DNA of 64,000 bases from Trichoplax sp. H2 (taxonomy: Eukaryota): the NCBI GenBank assembly GCA_003344405.1, contig NOWV01000014.1, positions 620,001-684,000 of the forward strand, written 5' to 3'. This document shows positions 1-11,263 of the stretch, piece after piece (the stretch's first letter is position 1; every line of letters starts with the position of its first letter). The position numbers were made by a program, and so were the translations under genes. The notes beneath the pieces are model-generated. The model was not told the origin of the DNA. It saw only the letters and a list, made by a program, of their open reading frames with translations, and made no database searches.

Positions 1-538
1 GGTAGGATCAGCTACAGAAGGAAATCTTCAAGTAGATCGAGAAGGACAACAAATTTAACGTTGCATATGCGACCGTTATGTACTACCCACTGATGAACAT
101 TTTAAGCTGAACATTGTGCTGATAGAACCTAGTATAGCAATCAATTTTAACTACTATGACGCTGTCAAGCTATAGTAGCTCCTTTTCTAACCTCCTTAAC
201 AGAATGCAAGGTATCCAACTCCAGCTTGAGTTCGTTAAATGCAGCTTCCACACTTTCTTTGGAATCCATTTCCTGATTCAAGATTGATATACTGGTGTTC
301 AAGAAGAATAGAAGAAGGTATTACTTAATACAGGTTCAGCTTTCTTCCTTAGCTATATCAAAAGTTCTAAAGTTTCTATGGGTTGCCAAGCGTAGTTTCT
401 GTACTCTACCTACTAAAATTCCAGCGGTTTACCACGGTATATTGATGTATCATACAGTACTACCCAGGCTATAGTTACTTCTATTAAAGTAAGGCCAATT
501 ACGGACTGCCGACTGATCTTTTAAGTAGGCCCTAGTAA

Positions 539-566
539 CGCATGCGCATGCGATTGCCATGGCAAT
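539..566. promoter_or_regulatory. Adjacent NRF1-like (CGCATGCGCATGCG) and RFX X-box-like (ATTGCCATGGCAAT) palindromes upstream of RNF32
   Basis: The motifs lie 80-105 bp upstream of the ATG at 645. The X-box consensus is GTTGCCATGGCAAC and the NRF1 consensus is TGCGCATGCGCA. Confidence 0.5.
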
Positions 567-644
567 ATCACTCATCGAATTCATTTCGAGTGATATATTT
601 ATATTCAATATAAACTTTCTGATCATGATTAACTCTAAAATAAG

Positions 645-3348
645 ATGAAGTCCAACAAGTCCCCACGTACGTTGCCATCTACAGAGAAGGTAATTTATCT
701 ATCTTTATTTTAGATTAAGATATTCGACTCCGTACCCATCAGTAGCAGCTGGGAATAGATTAACAAAGGAAAGCATAATTTTAATTTTAATATTTCACTT
801 CATGAAATGTCGGTCTATGGCATAGCAATCGCTCAGCTATACGTTGTCTACTATTGATTGCTAATACATACGTGTGCCAGAATACGCTGTAATAAGTAGT
901 CGTTAGAAGATTTTAATAGGATTACATTATTTATTTATTGCAGCTTTAAATTGGACTATATTCATGATCTTCAGATACGCTGTTCAAATCAGTTGTTCCT
1001 ATAATTTCTTACTGCTATATAGCTAAGTACTCGTATGAAAGGATGATTGTAATACCAAAGGGTTGATTAAGCTAAAGACATTAAGATAAGTGCCATAGAG
1101 ATTTAGAATGTGGCAATTTATCAATCGTTTGATAAGTTTACGTTTATTAATTAATAATTATATAACTGATGATCCCTAGTAATCTAAGGGAACAGCTACT
1201 GAACTTGTGATATGCTTTACATCGTACTCAAACTTACTGATCAATATATAGTAGTAGTTCTGATGATAATGATGACAATTATTAATGAGTGGAGCTACAT
1301 CGTAGGTAGTAATAAGACAGTCTATCAATTCCTTTCAATCCAGCTAATGATTCTACCGCTAGGTCGTATGCAGCGTTCGTCTGACCATAGCTAGCATAAG
1401 TAGATATAGTTAATGAATATGCTCGTAATCATTCCTGTTAAAGCTGTAAATTGAACAATAATGTAACTTTATTGTTAATAGAAAGATAACCTTACGTGGA
1501 CTGCTGTTGCTCTACAAGATCACCTTGTTCGATCATTATCATTAAACGATCCCTTGAATAACAGAAAATCTTATGTAAGTCCGAAAAAGTCTACCAGGAA
1601 AACAAAGGCGGTTTCTAAGATTGATACCGGGGTTAAAAAACCGACACCTAAAAAGACACTAAATACGGCAAGCCATGAGAAGGAATATGTAATCGAATCG
1701 AGAAGTAAACCCCTTACTTTAGGTAAATGATTTATTTTTAAAACTATTTTTGTACTGTTAGAAATTTAGTATAATTAAACCATACTCTTTATCATATAAT
1801 CTGTGCCATTATTGCATCACTATTACTATTATAACCTACGCTGCATCCTCACAGATGTAGTCATTATTCACGGCTAAATATAGTAAATATGATCTAGACT
1901 TTATCCAAGTAATCTTATCTGTACCTTCACAGCAAGTACGACTATAAATTAAGATTTTATTTCATGAGCTAATATTTATAAGTTAGCCCTTATTTTGGAT
2001 TTTCAAATTAAATTGAACCTTTCGTTTTATACTAGCACAAAAATTTGGAATTATTGATACTCCTAACAAGCCCTTAACGGAAGAAGAATGGTCTAGACTA
2101 AAAGACAAATCAAATGAACGACAAGATTCTTCATTACCCTGTCCAATTTGTCAGGAACACTTTGGAAATCAACAACAGGTAGGTAGCATTTTTTATGTCA
2201 GTATTATTCACCTTGTTAACGAATTAAAAATCTTTTATCTCTTTATTTAGATTTTGCTTTCTTGCTCTCATGTCTTTCATCGGGTAAAATAAAAGCATAA
2301 ATCTTGATATTTATAGACAATTTATAATGTACTACTTGTGAGTGAATCATAAACATTATGTGGATATATCACGCATTTTAATTACTCCATAGACCTGTCT
2401 AGAATCGTACGAAAAGTTTAGTGGTCGAAAAACTTGTCCTATGTGTCGCAAGGTAGAATACCAAAAACGCGTTATTTATGAGGGTTCCAAAATAAATCGA
2501 GTTAAATGTGCGATCAAGATACAGTCAGCTTGGAGGGGATATGTCGTAAGAAAATGGTACGCCAACCTCAGAAGAACTATGCCTCCAAAAAATCCCTTGT
2601 TACGGCAAAAATTTTTTCAAGCAAAGGTATGACCATACCAACGTGTTGGATTTATATTCTTGTTATTTCATAATCCTGGAAGGATAATAACATCAATTTT
2701 GCAATGATACACAATAATACTTGCTTTGTTATCTAGCTTGCAGAAATCACAGATACTTTGGTATCATCCGTAAACACAGATGTCGACGCTTTTCTTGCGG
2801 ATATTGATTCATCTGTTGCTGCTAGTCGGCAAATTATGAGGTAAATTCATGATTATTGCTTCATAACACTGATGATGATATTACTTGTTAAGATCTCAGC
2901 ATATTTGCAACTCCTTTCAATTCTATTAATTACCAGCTTGGCAGATACATCATACGATGCACGCTTAAATGAGAATGAATGGAAAAAAATACAAGTACAA
3001 GTAAGTAGGCAATGATTTGCAAATGGCTATCATAAAATAATATTGATCATCTCTTGTTGAAAATATTATTTTTGATATATGTTCTTTATGTTGGATTGAT
3101 AGGCTCTTCGGAGGAGTACCTTAGAGTGCCCAATTTGTATTGCGCCTATCGAAAAGCCTAGAGCTTCCACAAGCAAAAGTAAAAACGGAAATAGCAAACA
3201 GCTTGTCATTCTATCCTGCTCTCATATATTCCATCAAGTATGCTTGGAGGCGTTTGAAGAATTTTCAATACAAGCTACAAAAGTTTGCCCAGTATGCCGA
3301 TCACATTACGTCAAGAGGAAATTAGATTTAGCTGCAATCGCTAATTAA
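645..3348 (+). CDS. RNF32: RING finger protein 32 (two RING domains flanking an IQ motif), about 8 coding exons
   Basis: GT-AG exons at about 645-689, 1482-1722, 2036-2178, 2251-2283, 2393-2626, 2737-2840, 2937-3000 and 3103-3348 splice in frame. They give KDNLTWTAVALQDHL, PLTLAQKFG..PLTEEEW..CPICQEHF..LLSCSHVFHRTCLESYEKFSGRKTCPMCR, the IQ motif KIQSAWRGYVVRKWY and a second RING CPIC..LSCSHIFHQVCLEAFE..CPVCR, matching the RNF32 layout. Confidence 0.93.
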
Positions 3349-4227
3349 TTAGTTCAGTGACAGACAGTATCAAGACGCCCCGTGTGTACTGTCGATATAC
3401 AGTAATGAAATTGTTGTATTATGATTCCAGCTACAGTAATTACAGTAGCTATGTGTTAGGGTAAAAAAATCCGTAAACTATACGTATGTATTTATAAACA
3501 GAATGTCTTCTCAGCTCGAAGTTGAATTCAGTCTATGCTATATACTAGACACTAGTGAATTGTGTCGAAGTTATTTGATATTAAATCTTCATCTAAATTA
3601 TATGAGACATTTTATTTCCATAGCAAATGCAAATAGAGAGGAATATTGATTTGAATCAAGTCCAGAATAAATTCATTCTGGGATGTTTTTGTACATTAAT
3701 TTCTTATACTGTAAATTTTGATCTGTAGATCAACATTAATCAATATATCGTTTCTAAAACGATGGTGCACAGTTGCTAGTAATACTAGCTACAACGAAAT
3801 TAAAACATTATAAAAATAAAATTCGATGTGGTTTTAGATGGTCAAGACTTCAACAGCAGGAGTGAATAATATAACAACTTTTGTAAAGGTGAATCATTAT
3901 TCATTCCAGATTAGTTTTGCACATGCAATCAATCCGCTGTTCTGCTATGTTCATAATCTTACAGCATATTCTCATAAATAAAGTTTCAAAGAATCTTAAC
4001 TTATTTGCTATCGCAACAGAATTATACTTACAGTGCGGAATAATATCAACACTATCTACAACTTTAAAAATTGACAAAATTTATCGGAAATAAACATGAT
4101 TTTCAATGTTACAACAGCGCAATAACAATATAAATCTTTTCTTTCCGCAATGCCCTATGCAGTCTTAAATATTGCAACAAAATTCTCTCAAATTTTTATC
4201 TATAAAGACTTGATGTAGTGGATATTC

Positions 4228-7200
4228 TTAGCCTTTAAGTTGTACTAACATTGTACTAATGCGTTCGAATTGACTACGATTGTTAATTCCAACTTTCGTT
4301 CTCAGAAAAGTCAGGTCTTCAACATTTCTCTGCTGAAATGCGCAGTCGGCTGCCTTATCATAATCCCTATTTATTTTGTAACAATATATAAAACATTTCA
4401 GTTAAATTTTACAATTTCTGTATTCCACTTTTAATAATTTTATTGAGAGTGGATGTAAACTGAGATTCTTTCGTAAACTAACCCGATCTTGATGTAACAT
4501 TTCGCTTGTTTACTGAGTGGAACACGTTCTATATATTTGCATGCTTCCGTTGCATTTTTATGGCTATTTATGCAGGCATCAACGAACGGCTACAGGATTC
4601 CATGAGGATATTAAAGAGAACATGCTCAGTAATTGGCTATATCTAAGCTTTCTTCATATTACAGTATTAACAACGCAGCACCTCATAACCAATAGGAGAC
4701 TTTTTACTTTTAGAAAATCTTTCAAGCTCTTCCCAGCTTCGTGATTGCGCAAGGGCTCGAATTTTAATCCACCAATATCTAAAAGTTTTTGCACAAAATT
4801 GTTTGTTTTTTACCTACGACAATCCCAATTAATAGACTGCATTAATATTATATTGATGTATACCTCCGATCGGGAATTTTAAAATCTTTCTTTAATTTAT
4901 CTGCCAACTTTAGTCGACCCAAAAAGATAAGCTAACAAGTAAAAAACATGTATCGATATAATCAGTTAGTTGGTGCTCCTGCTATCATTTCCATTAATCA
5001 GAATTTTAGCATCTCTCAGTCTCATTAAATCAGTAAATAAAATTTTATCCACCATATTTCAGTCTGGTAAGTTATTCATCATCAAGATGACAATAATAGC
5101 GCTAGATATCTTAGAAATTATAATTACCTGATATGCAGTTTCATTCAGAGACATTTCGACAAACGGTTGACCAAGATCAGTTTCCATTACCGACTGAAGT
5201 CGCAACAAGTTAATTTGATCTTCGGTAGATCTCTTACATATTGGCCTATCCGCTGCGCTAAACGCACGTGCTGCTTCATTTAATTTATCAATTCTATCTT
5301 CAGCATTCTAATACAGATATTAGTAAAATTTAGGGCCATTACAGCTTTCCTTATGGAGATAAAATGCTTTCATTCTTACATTTGTCTTATAACTACTTTG
5401 GGCAACATAGATTCCTGCTTTCTGAAAGTCATCAAATTGTTTGGCAACGTCCATTAATAACCTGTGATCATTTATCTCTCGGCAGTACTAAAACAATAAT
5501 ACAAGGGCTATCACAAGTACTGTAAAACATTTTCGTAATAGCTACAAAGTCATGTGTAGGCATCACTATGTTGATAACAACATTAGGCCTACCTTTTCGA
5601 ACAATTTTAGCGCTACAGGCATTTTATGGATTGTTCTAAAAAATTCCCCTAGTTGTAGAGTACCCTTCAGATGAAAAATAGCCATATAGACTGTAAACAC
5701 AATAAATTGTAATAACAACGTTAGTGATTAGGCTACATAATAAGCTGGCAGGCAACGACAATCGGCATACTGAGGTCTGAGTCACCACTTTCAATGGCTT
5801 TATTTAAGGCTATGTCTTCTTTCTTCATTTTCATTAATAACGGAACCTGTTCGTTAGCTCTGGGTTCGAAATCTAATAGCTATTAATGGTACGTTAAGGG
5901 GTGTCTGTCAGGCAATATTAGGTGGTAACGGAAGTGAACGTAAGTATGTTGTAATGAGTAGTGCAACATTACCTTAATAGCTAATTCATATCTCCCTACT
6001 GATTTCGCTTCAGCAGCAATAGTTGCATACGAAATTCCAGTGACGTCATTCAATTTATTTGCGATAGCTTTAGCGATATCTTTATCGTCAGTGTTCTTTT
6101 GCTTTACCTAAATTACAGATTAAAATTACTTCGAATTAACTTGTTGGTAATTTGAGTGTAGCTTGTCAATTAAGTTGTTACTTTTTTGCATGCCCAATGC
6201 GACAATATCCGACATTTCCCTTCATCTCCTGGTATACGAAGGTAATCACAGATATGCAATGCTAATGCATAATGTTCTCGTAGTATCAGCCTAACAAGAG
6301 AGACGATACCAATATAATTAATGGCTAGTTGAAAGGACGATAAGAGAAATCGCTTACGGGAATAATAAACAGCCTACCTGTCAATCAAGACAGGAAGAGT
6401 TAAATACTCAAATCTGTTGAAGAATTTATGTTAAGGTAATTTAATCGATTCGGTATATTTTAAATAGCGTCTACTTAAATTAAGCTAGAACAAGGATTAG
6501 AAAGATACTGTTTGAGAGTAATTGGTATTCCAATTTTGTAGTGTCTTATATTATTTAGGATCCGCAATATTTGGGACATATTAACAAAACTTTGAGGAGA
6601 GTATTGATCCATAAAACTTTTCCCAAATGACGCGGCCTAATTAAGAAGATGAATAGCAAGTAAAATCAGGAATGTGATCTTCTATAAATAGTCAACCATT
6701 AATAAAAATACCTTTAGAAGCATTCTTTGAGTCAGCGGATCATATTCCAATCCAGCAACCTTGATACACTGTTCTATTGCATCACCGAGTGTACCGTTAG
6801 TCTTTATAATTCTAACATATTCATCAGCTTTGGAACTTCCTTTCTATAATAATTTATTATTTAAGTACGTTAGTAGTGGGCATAAAGTTGTCAATTAGGC
6901 TATCCAATTACTATTAACCTCATATTCCTTCATGGCATCTAGCAACATTGCGCCTGACGCTGCAGAACCAACTTTGAATACTTCTTCGGTTTCCACTACG
7001 TATTTGACATTAAAGATATACAGTAAGTTGAAAATACTGTTCTATGAAGATGTAAATGTAATACGAAAAGTGCAAAAACAAAAAATTTTCTTCTTACATG
7101 GCACTTCATGTAAAAGTTCATGCGTATCCGTCGTCACAATTCTAACACCATCGATATCAGCCGTTAAACAGGCTGAGCCAATTAATGGTAAAGTTTGAAC

Positions 7201-9481
7201 AGTTAAGGCTCATAAGGAAATTAATAAATGGCATTAATATCAATGCAATTCAGGTCAATGTACGAAAGGATATGTAACACTTTCACGATGAGGCCCAACA
7301 ATCTGCAGTTCATCCCCCCAATTTAAGACAACAGCGCCGGCACCACACCTACATTTTTAGTGAAGGCATACTTTAAGTATTGATGATACCGTAAGGTTTA
7401 CTCGATTAAATACATCATCGTATAAGCTACTATTCATAGGCAATCAGTCTTACCATATCATATCTAGCGGCACCGTTTGAGTATTAGTATCGAATATACC
7501 ATAACAATTCTACAATTTAAAATTGATGTAACGGTTAATATACAATTAATGAAACTAAAAGAATATGCTAATTCACTACACTATATTCAGCTCCAATTTC
7601 ATAACTCAAGTCAGTTTACGTAAACAATGGTGATTTTCATTGAGATATACAGTATTGTTATAAATTTATGTCGCATTTTAGATGTTAGAACATACTCTAA
7701 AATCAGTAGATCCGATCCATAAGTGGCCAGTATCGGTAATTAAAGAGATATACTTATATGATGTCGAAGTGGCCATCAATGTAATAGAATTATAATTGAT
7801 TTGTCCGGTGATACCTTGCAGTTGCTACATTGGAGAGAAAAAGGAATTAGTTATAATTTTATATCCTATCATTGACAAGTTCATTATTGCGAAAATTTAT
7901 CACAGCAGAGGCTTACCAGTTTAACAATATCTGCTACACCGCTTAAATATAGATCGGTATTAATGGCAATAACAATTTTTGTTGAGCGATCTATACATAA
8001 GACGACCCAACTACTAGGTGTAAAGTCCAATCCTGTATCAAAGAAATTTGGTAGATTGATTTACGTAAATAGCATTTATATTTAATCACCGAAAGTTACA
8101 ATTTTTTAATCATTGTCTATTTTACTAATCTTTACCAGGAGGATCTTGACACCGTCTACAAGCTTTGTTTTGAATATTGCTTATAGTATAAAATCTATAG
8201 TTTGTCGTTAGTACGACTATGCCTGCTACGTTATCATGCAGAAATAGTTTAGCATCCACAATTTTCATTTCTTTCGCTTCCTGTATAACCATAGAAGAAC
8301 TTGTTTATGATAGCAATGCATGCGTACGGTATATTGTACTGTACATATAATATCCTGGAACTACTATAACATGGCAGCAACAATATTATAGTTATTGTTT
8401 TTTAGGTATACAACGTTGAGGCAGGATAGCAAAGCATTATCTGTACTTTTATTACTAACCTGTCCAAGATGGATAGAGTCAATTTGTGTACCAAATAAAT
8501 CAAAAACTAAAGCGATACCAGCATCAAGTATACAAATAAGTTCTTCGCTATAACTCCATCCCATAGTAACAATTTTTCCCTCGATTACCTTTATCAATAT
8601 TGTAGCATAAAATCAAAATTAGTTTATCTGTAGCTGGACAGATTGCTATGATTTATCATGTTATTAGTTTGCTACGCGTATAGTATTGATCGTTCTTGTT
8701 GTACTCACCTTAGCGGTATTATCAATTGATATTTTCTGGCCACTAGCAGAAACGATAGAAATGATTTGCCTTGTAGAAGGTGCACCTTTCCTGTCTTTAA
8801 TGAGGAGAGCTACCAACAAAGAAATTGTATTCAGCCTATTGATGCTTGCACTGATTTATGACATGACGTATAGACTGTTATTCAATTAGTGAAAAGCAGC
8901 TATAGACACTGCAATCATTTGGATGAAGAATTTTGCACTAAACGTGGATTAATCATGATGTTATCCAATTTATTCTATTATAATCAACCAAATTTTCTAT
9001 CCGTCATTGCAGCAGCAATAGAAAAAAAAACTATGTATACTGTAGGGTACGGTGCTGTACGATGATATCGACTCACCAATTGGACCACCAAGAGGAGCAA
9101 TAGCAATTCGGTAGTGTGATAAATCGAGACTTCCCCAGCTCATTTGATATATTTCTGTTATACTATTGTAGACGATGCAATGAAGAATTGAGAGAAATGA
9201 TTAATTACTTTATGAAGATTGATTTTATCGCATGTAAAAGCCTTTTTAGGAATAAGATTAAACTGGATTGGTGTACGCTTAGAATAACCGATACTCCAAT
9301 AACGTCATCCACTCAGCTGGCTACAGTACAGTACATAATCAATCATGCGATAATGTTCATTTGTGCTTAGAGTAGACTGGTAGTTCAACTCGCATTCGAT
9401 ACCTATCTACCATTTAACATACCGATAATATAGCTCTCCGAGAGGGTGCCATTCCATGAAAGGGTTTGGATACGAAGACAT
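4228..9481 (-). CDS. VPS16: Vacuolar protein sorting 16 (HOPS/CORVET core subunit), more than 20 exons
   Basis: N-terminus [37 protein letters not shown]. Internal [52 protein letters not shown] and [14 protein letters not shown]. It ends ..MLVQLKG* with the stop at 4228-4230. Confidence 0.95.
6414..6508 (-). other. U12-type GT-AG intron (VPS16 intron 13)
   Basis: Minus strand 5' splice site GTATCTTT, with branch point CCTTAAC (plus strand 6430-6436) about 16 nt before the AG. Removal joins ITLKQ|FEYLT in frame. Confidence 0.8.
7193..7273 (-). other. U12-type AT-AC intron (VPS16 intron 9)
   Basis: Minus strand reads ATATCCTTT at the 5' end, CCTTAAC as branch point and AC at the 3' end. Removing the 81 nt joins [22 protein letters not shown] in frame. 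Confidence 0.92.
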
Positions 9482-9823
9482 TGTCAAGCTTTTATTCCAA
9501 GTCGATGAAGTTAATTTTCCGCAGATTGATCCACCCCTGCCAGGCTACAGCGGAGTGCAACCTTTTTTTAGCAGTGGATTCTTGAAACAGATCGTTTAAC
9601 GCCAGTATGCGTGCGATTTACCGTAGTTTATATCGTCCTTGGTTCAAGTAGGGTGTTGGCTGTACTTAGATGAATAAATTGGCCAATTTTTCTCTAGTTA
9701 ATGGCAAAATAAACGCTCCAACATGCCTTCAAAAGAGTGCAAAAATGGCGTTGGATCGTCGATTTCAAGTTTGAAAAACCTCACTGGAGGCAACGCTGGA
9801 ACACAAGGTGGCTATGTGGGTAC

Positions 9824-9855
9824 GTCACGTGCATGTACAGTACAATCACATGACT
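9824..9855. promoter_or_regulatory. Paired CLEAR/M-box-like E-boxes upstream of VPS16
   Basis: GTCACGTG at 9824-9831 and TCACATGACT (reverse complement AGTCATGTGA) at 9846-9855, about 350 bp upstream of the VPS16 ATG. Confidence 0.4.
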
Positions 9856-10347
9856 TACAGTAGAAACTTTACGGTAAGATGTACTGTACTCTATCGAGAC
9901 TTACAAAGGAAACTTTCTCTTACAAGCAGCTGTCCCTGCAAGTACTGTACAGTACTGTATAGTACTGTACAGTACTTACGGGGACTACTCAACTACCCGG
10001 TGTACAGTACTAATACTGTAGGAGACGACCGTGTGGACTCATCAATCCGTCGGAGAGACGGACTGTTTTTACCCTATGAGAAATGTGGCCGTCGAAAAAA
10101 GGCCTAGTTAGTAGGGATTTTCCTTGTCTGTAATTTCTAAATCACTGGTACTGATTTAAATAACATTCAACATACGATCTTATATAATTACTTCTAAGCA
10201 TTCAAAATCGATCGTCTGCATACGAAAGTACTGTGATGACGAAGTATTTGGCGACGAGATGAGGCCGAAAATATCTGCCCGTCCAAGCGTAGGTCTTTTT
10301 CGAATAGTCCGTCTATCCATGACTGTACAGTACAGTAGCATGGACTA

Positions 10348-10554
10348 TGGACTGTTCAGATTTTTAACTTGATGTTCAGAATTTTATGCTGAAGCGTCTC
10401 CAATAAGTAAAAGTGTAAAACCCTAAATACCATCGTTTGAGACGATTCATTATAGAATTCTGCTATTCAAAATTTTATACTGAAACGTCTCAAATAAGTA
10501 AAACCCTAAATACCATCGTTTGAGACGATTCAGTATAGAATTCTGAACGGTCTA
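10348..10554. repeat. Two-unit version of the same fold-back element
   Basis: Same termini and hairpin units as 10809-11263 but only two units. Confidence 0.8.
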
Positions 10555-10808
10555 CTGTAAGTAAATGAATTTTCTTGTTTCAAAGTCCTTGGTGTGANNN
10601 NNNNNNNNNNNNNNNNNATAATTACTTCTAAGCATTCAAAATCGATCGTCTGCATACGAAAGTACTGTGATGACGAAGTATTTGGCGACGAGATGAGGCC
10701 GAAAATATCTGCCCGTCCAAGCGTAGGTCTTTTTCGAATAGTCCGTCTATCCATGACTGTACAGTACTGTACTGTACAGTGTACACTAGTGTACAGTAGC
10801 ATGGACTA

Positions 10809-11263
10809 TGGACTGTTCAGATTTTGAACTTGATGTTCAGAATTTTATGCTGAAGCGTCTCCAATAAGTAAAAGTGTAAAACCCTAAATACTATCGTTTG
10901 AGACGATTCATTATAGAATTCTGCTATTCAAAATTTTATACTGAAACGTCTCAAATAAGTAAAACCCTAAATACCATCGTTTGAGACGATTCAGTATAAA
11001 GTTCTGCTATTCAAAATTTTATACTGAAACGTCTCAAATAAGTAAAACCCTAATACCAGCATTTAAGACGATTCATTATAAAATTCTGCTATTCAGAATT
11101 TTATACTGAAACGTCTCAAATAAGTAAAACCCTAAATATCATCGTTTGAGACGATTCAGTATAGAATTCTGCTATTCAAAATTTTATACTGAAACGTCTC
11201 AAATAAGTAAAACCCTAAATACTATCGTTTGAGACGATTCAGTATAGAATTCTGAACGGTCTA
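10809..11263. mobile_element. Putative non-autonomous fold-back/MITE-like element with five ~83-bp hairpin units
   Basis: Units start at 10851, 10942, 11025, 11107 and 11190. Each has arms AATTTTATACTGAAACGTCTCAAA and TTTGAGACGATTCAGTATAGAATT. The ends TGGACTGTTCAGATTT and AATTCTGAACGGTCTA are imperfect inverted repeats. Confidence 0.6.

Noticed and set aside
9808..10827. ORFs rich in CTVQY/YSTV (9808-10107, 10530-10802, 10594-10827)
   Set aside because: They are translations of TACTGTA/TACAGTA chains, and two of them cross the N gap.
10809..11263. CRISPR-like palindromic repeat array
   Set aside because: The loops are near-identical rather than unique spacers, the context is eukaryotic and there are no cas genes.
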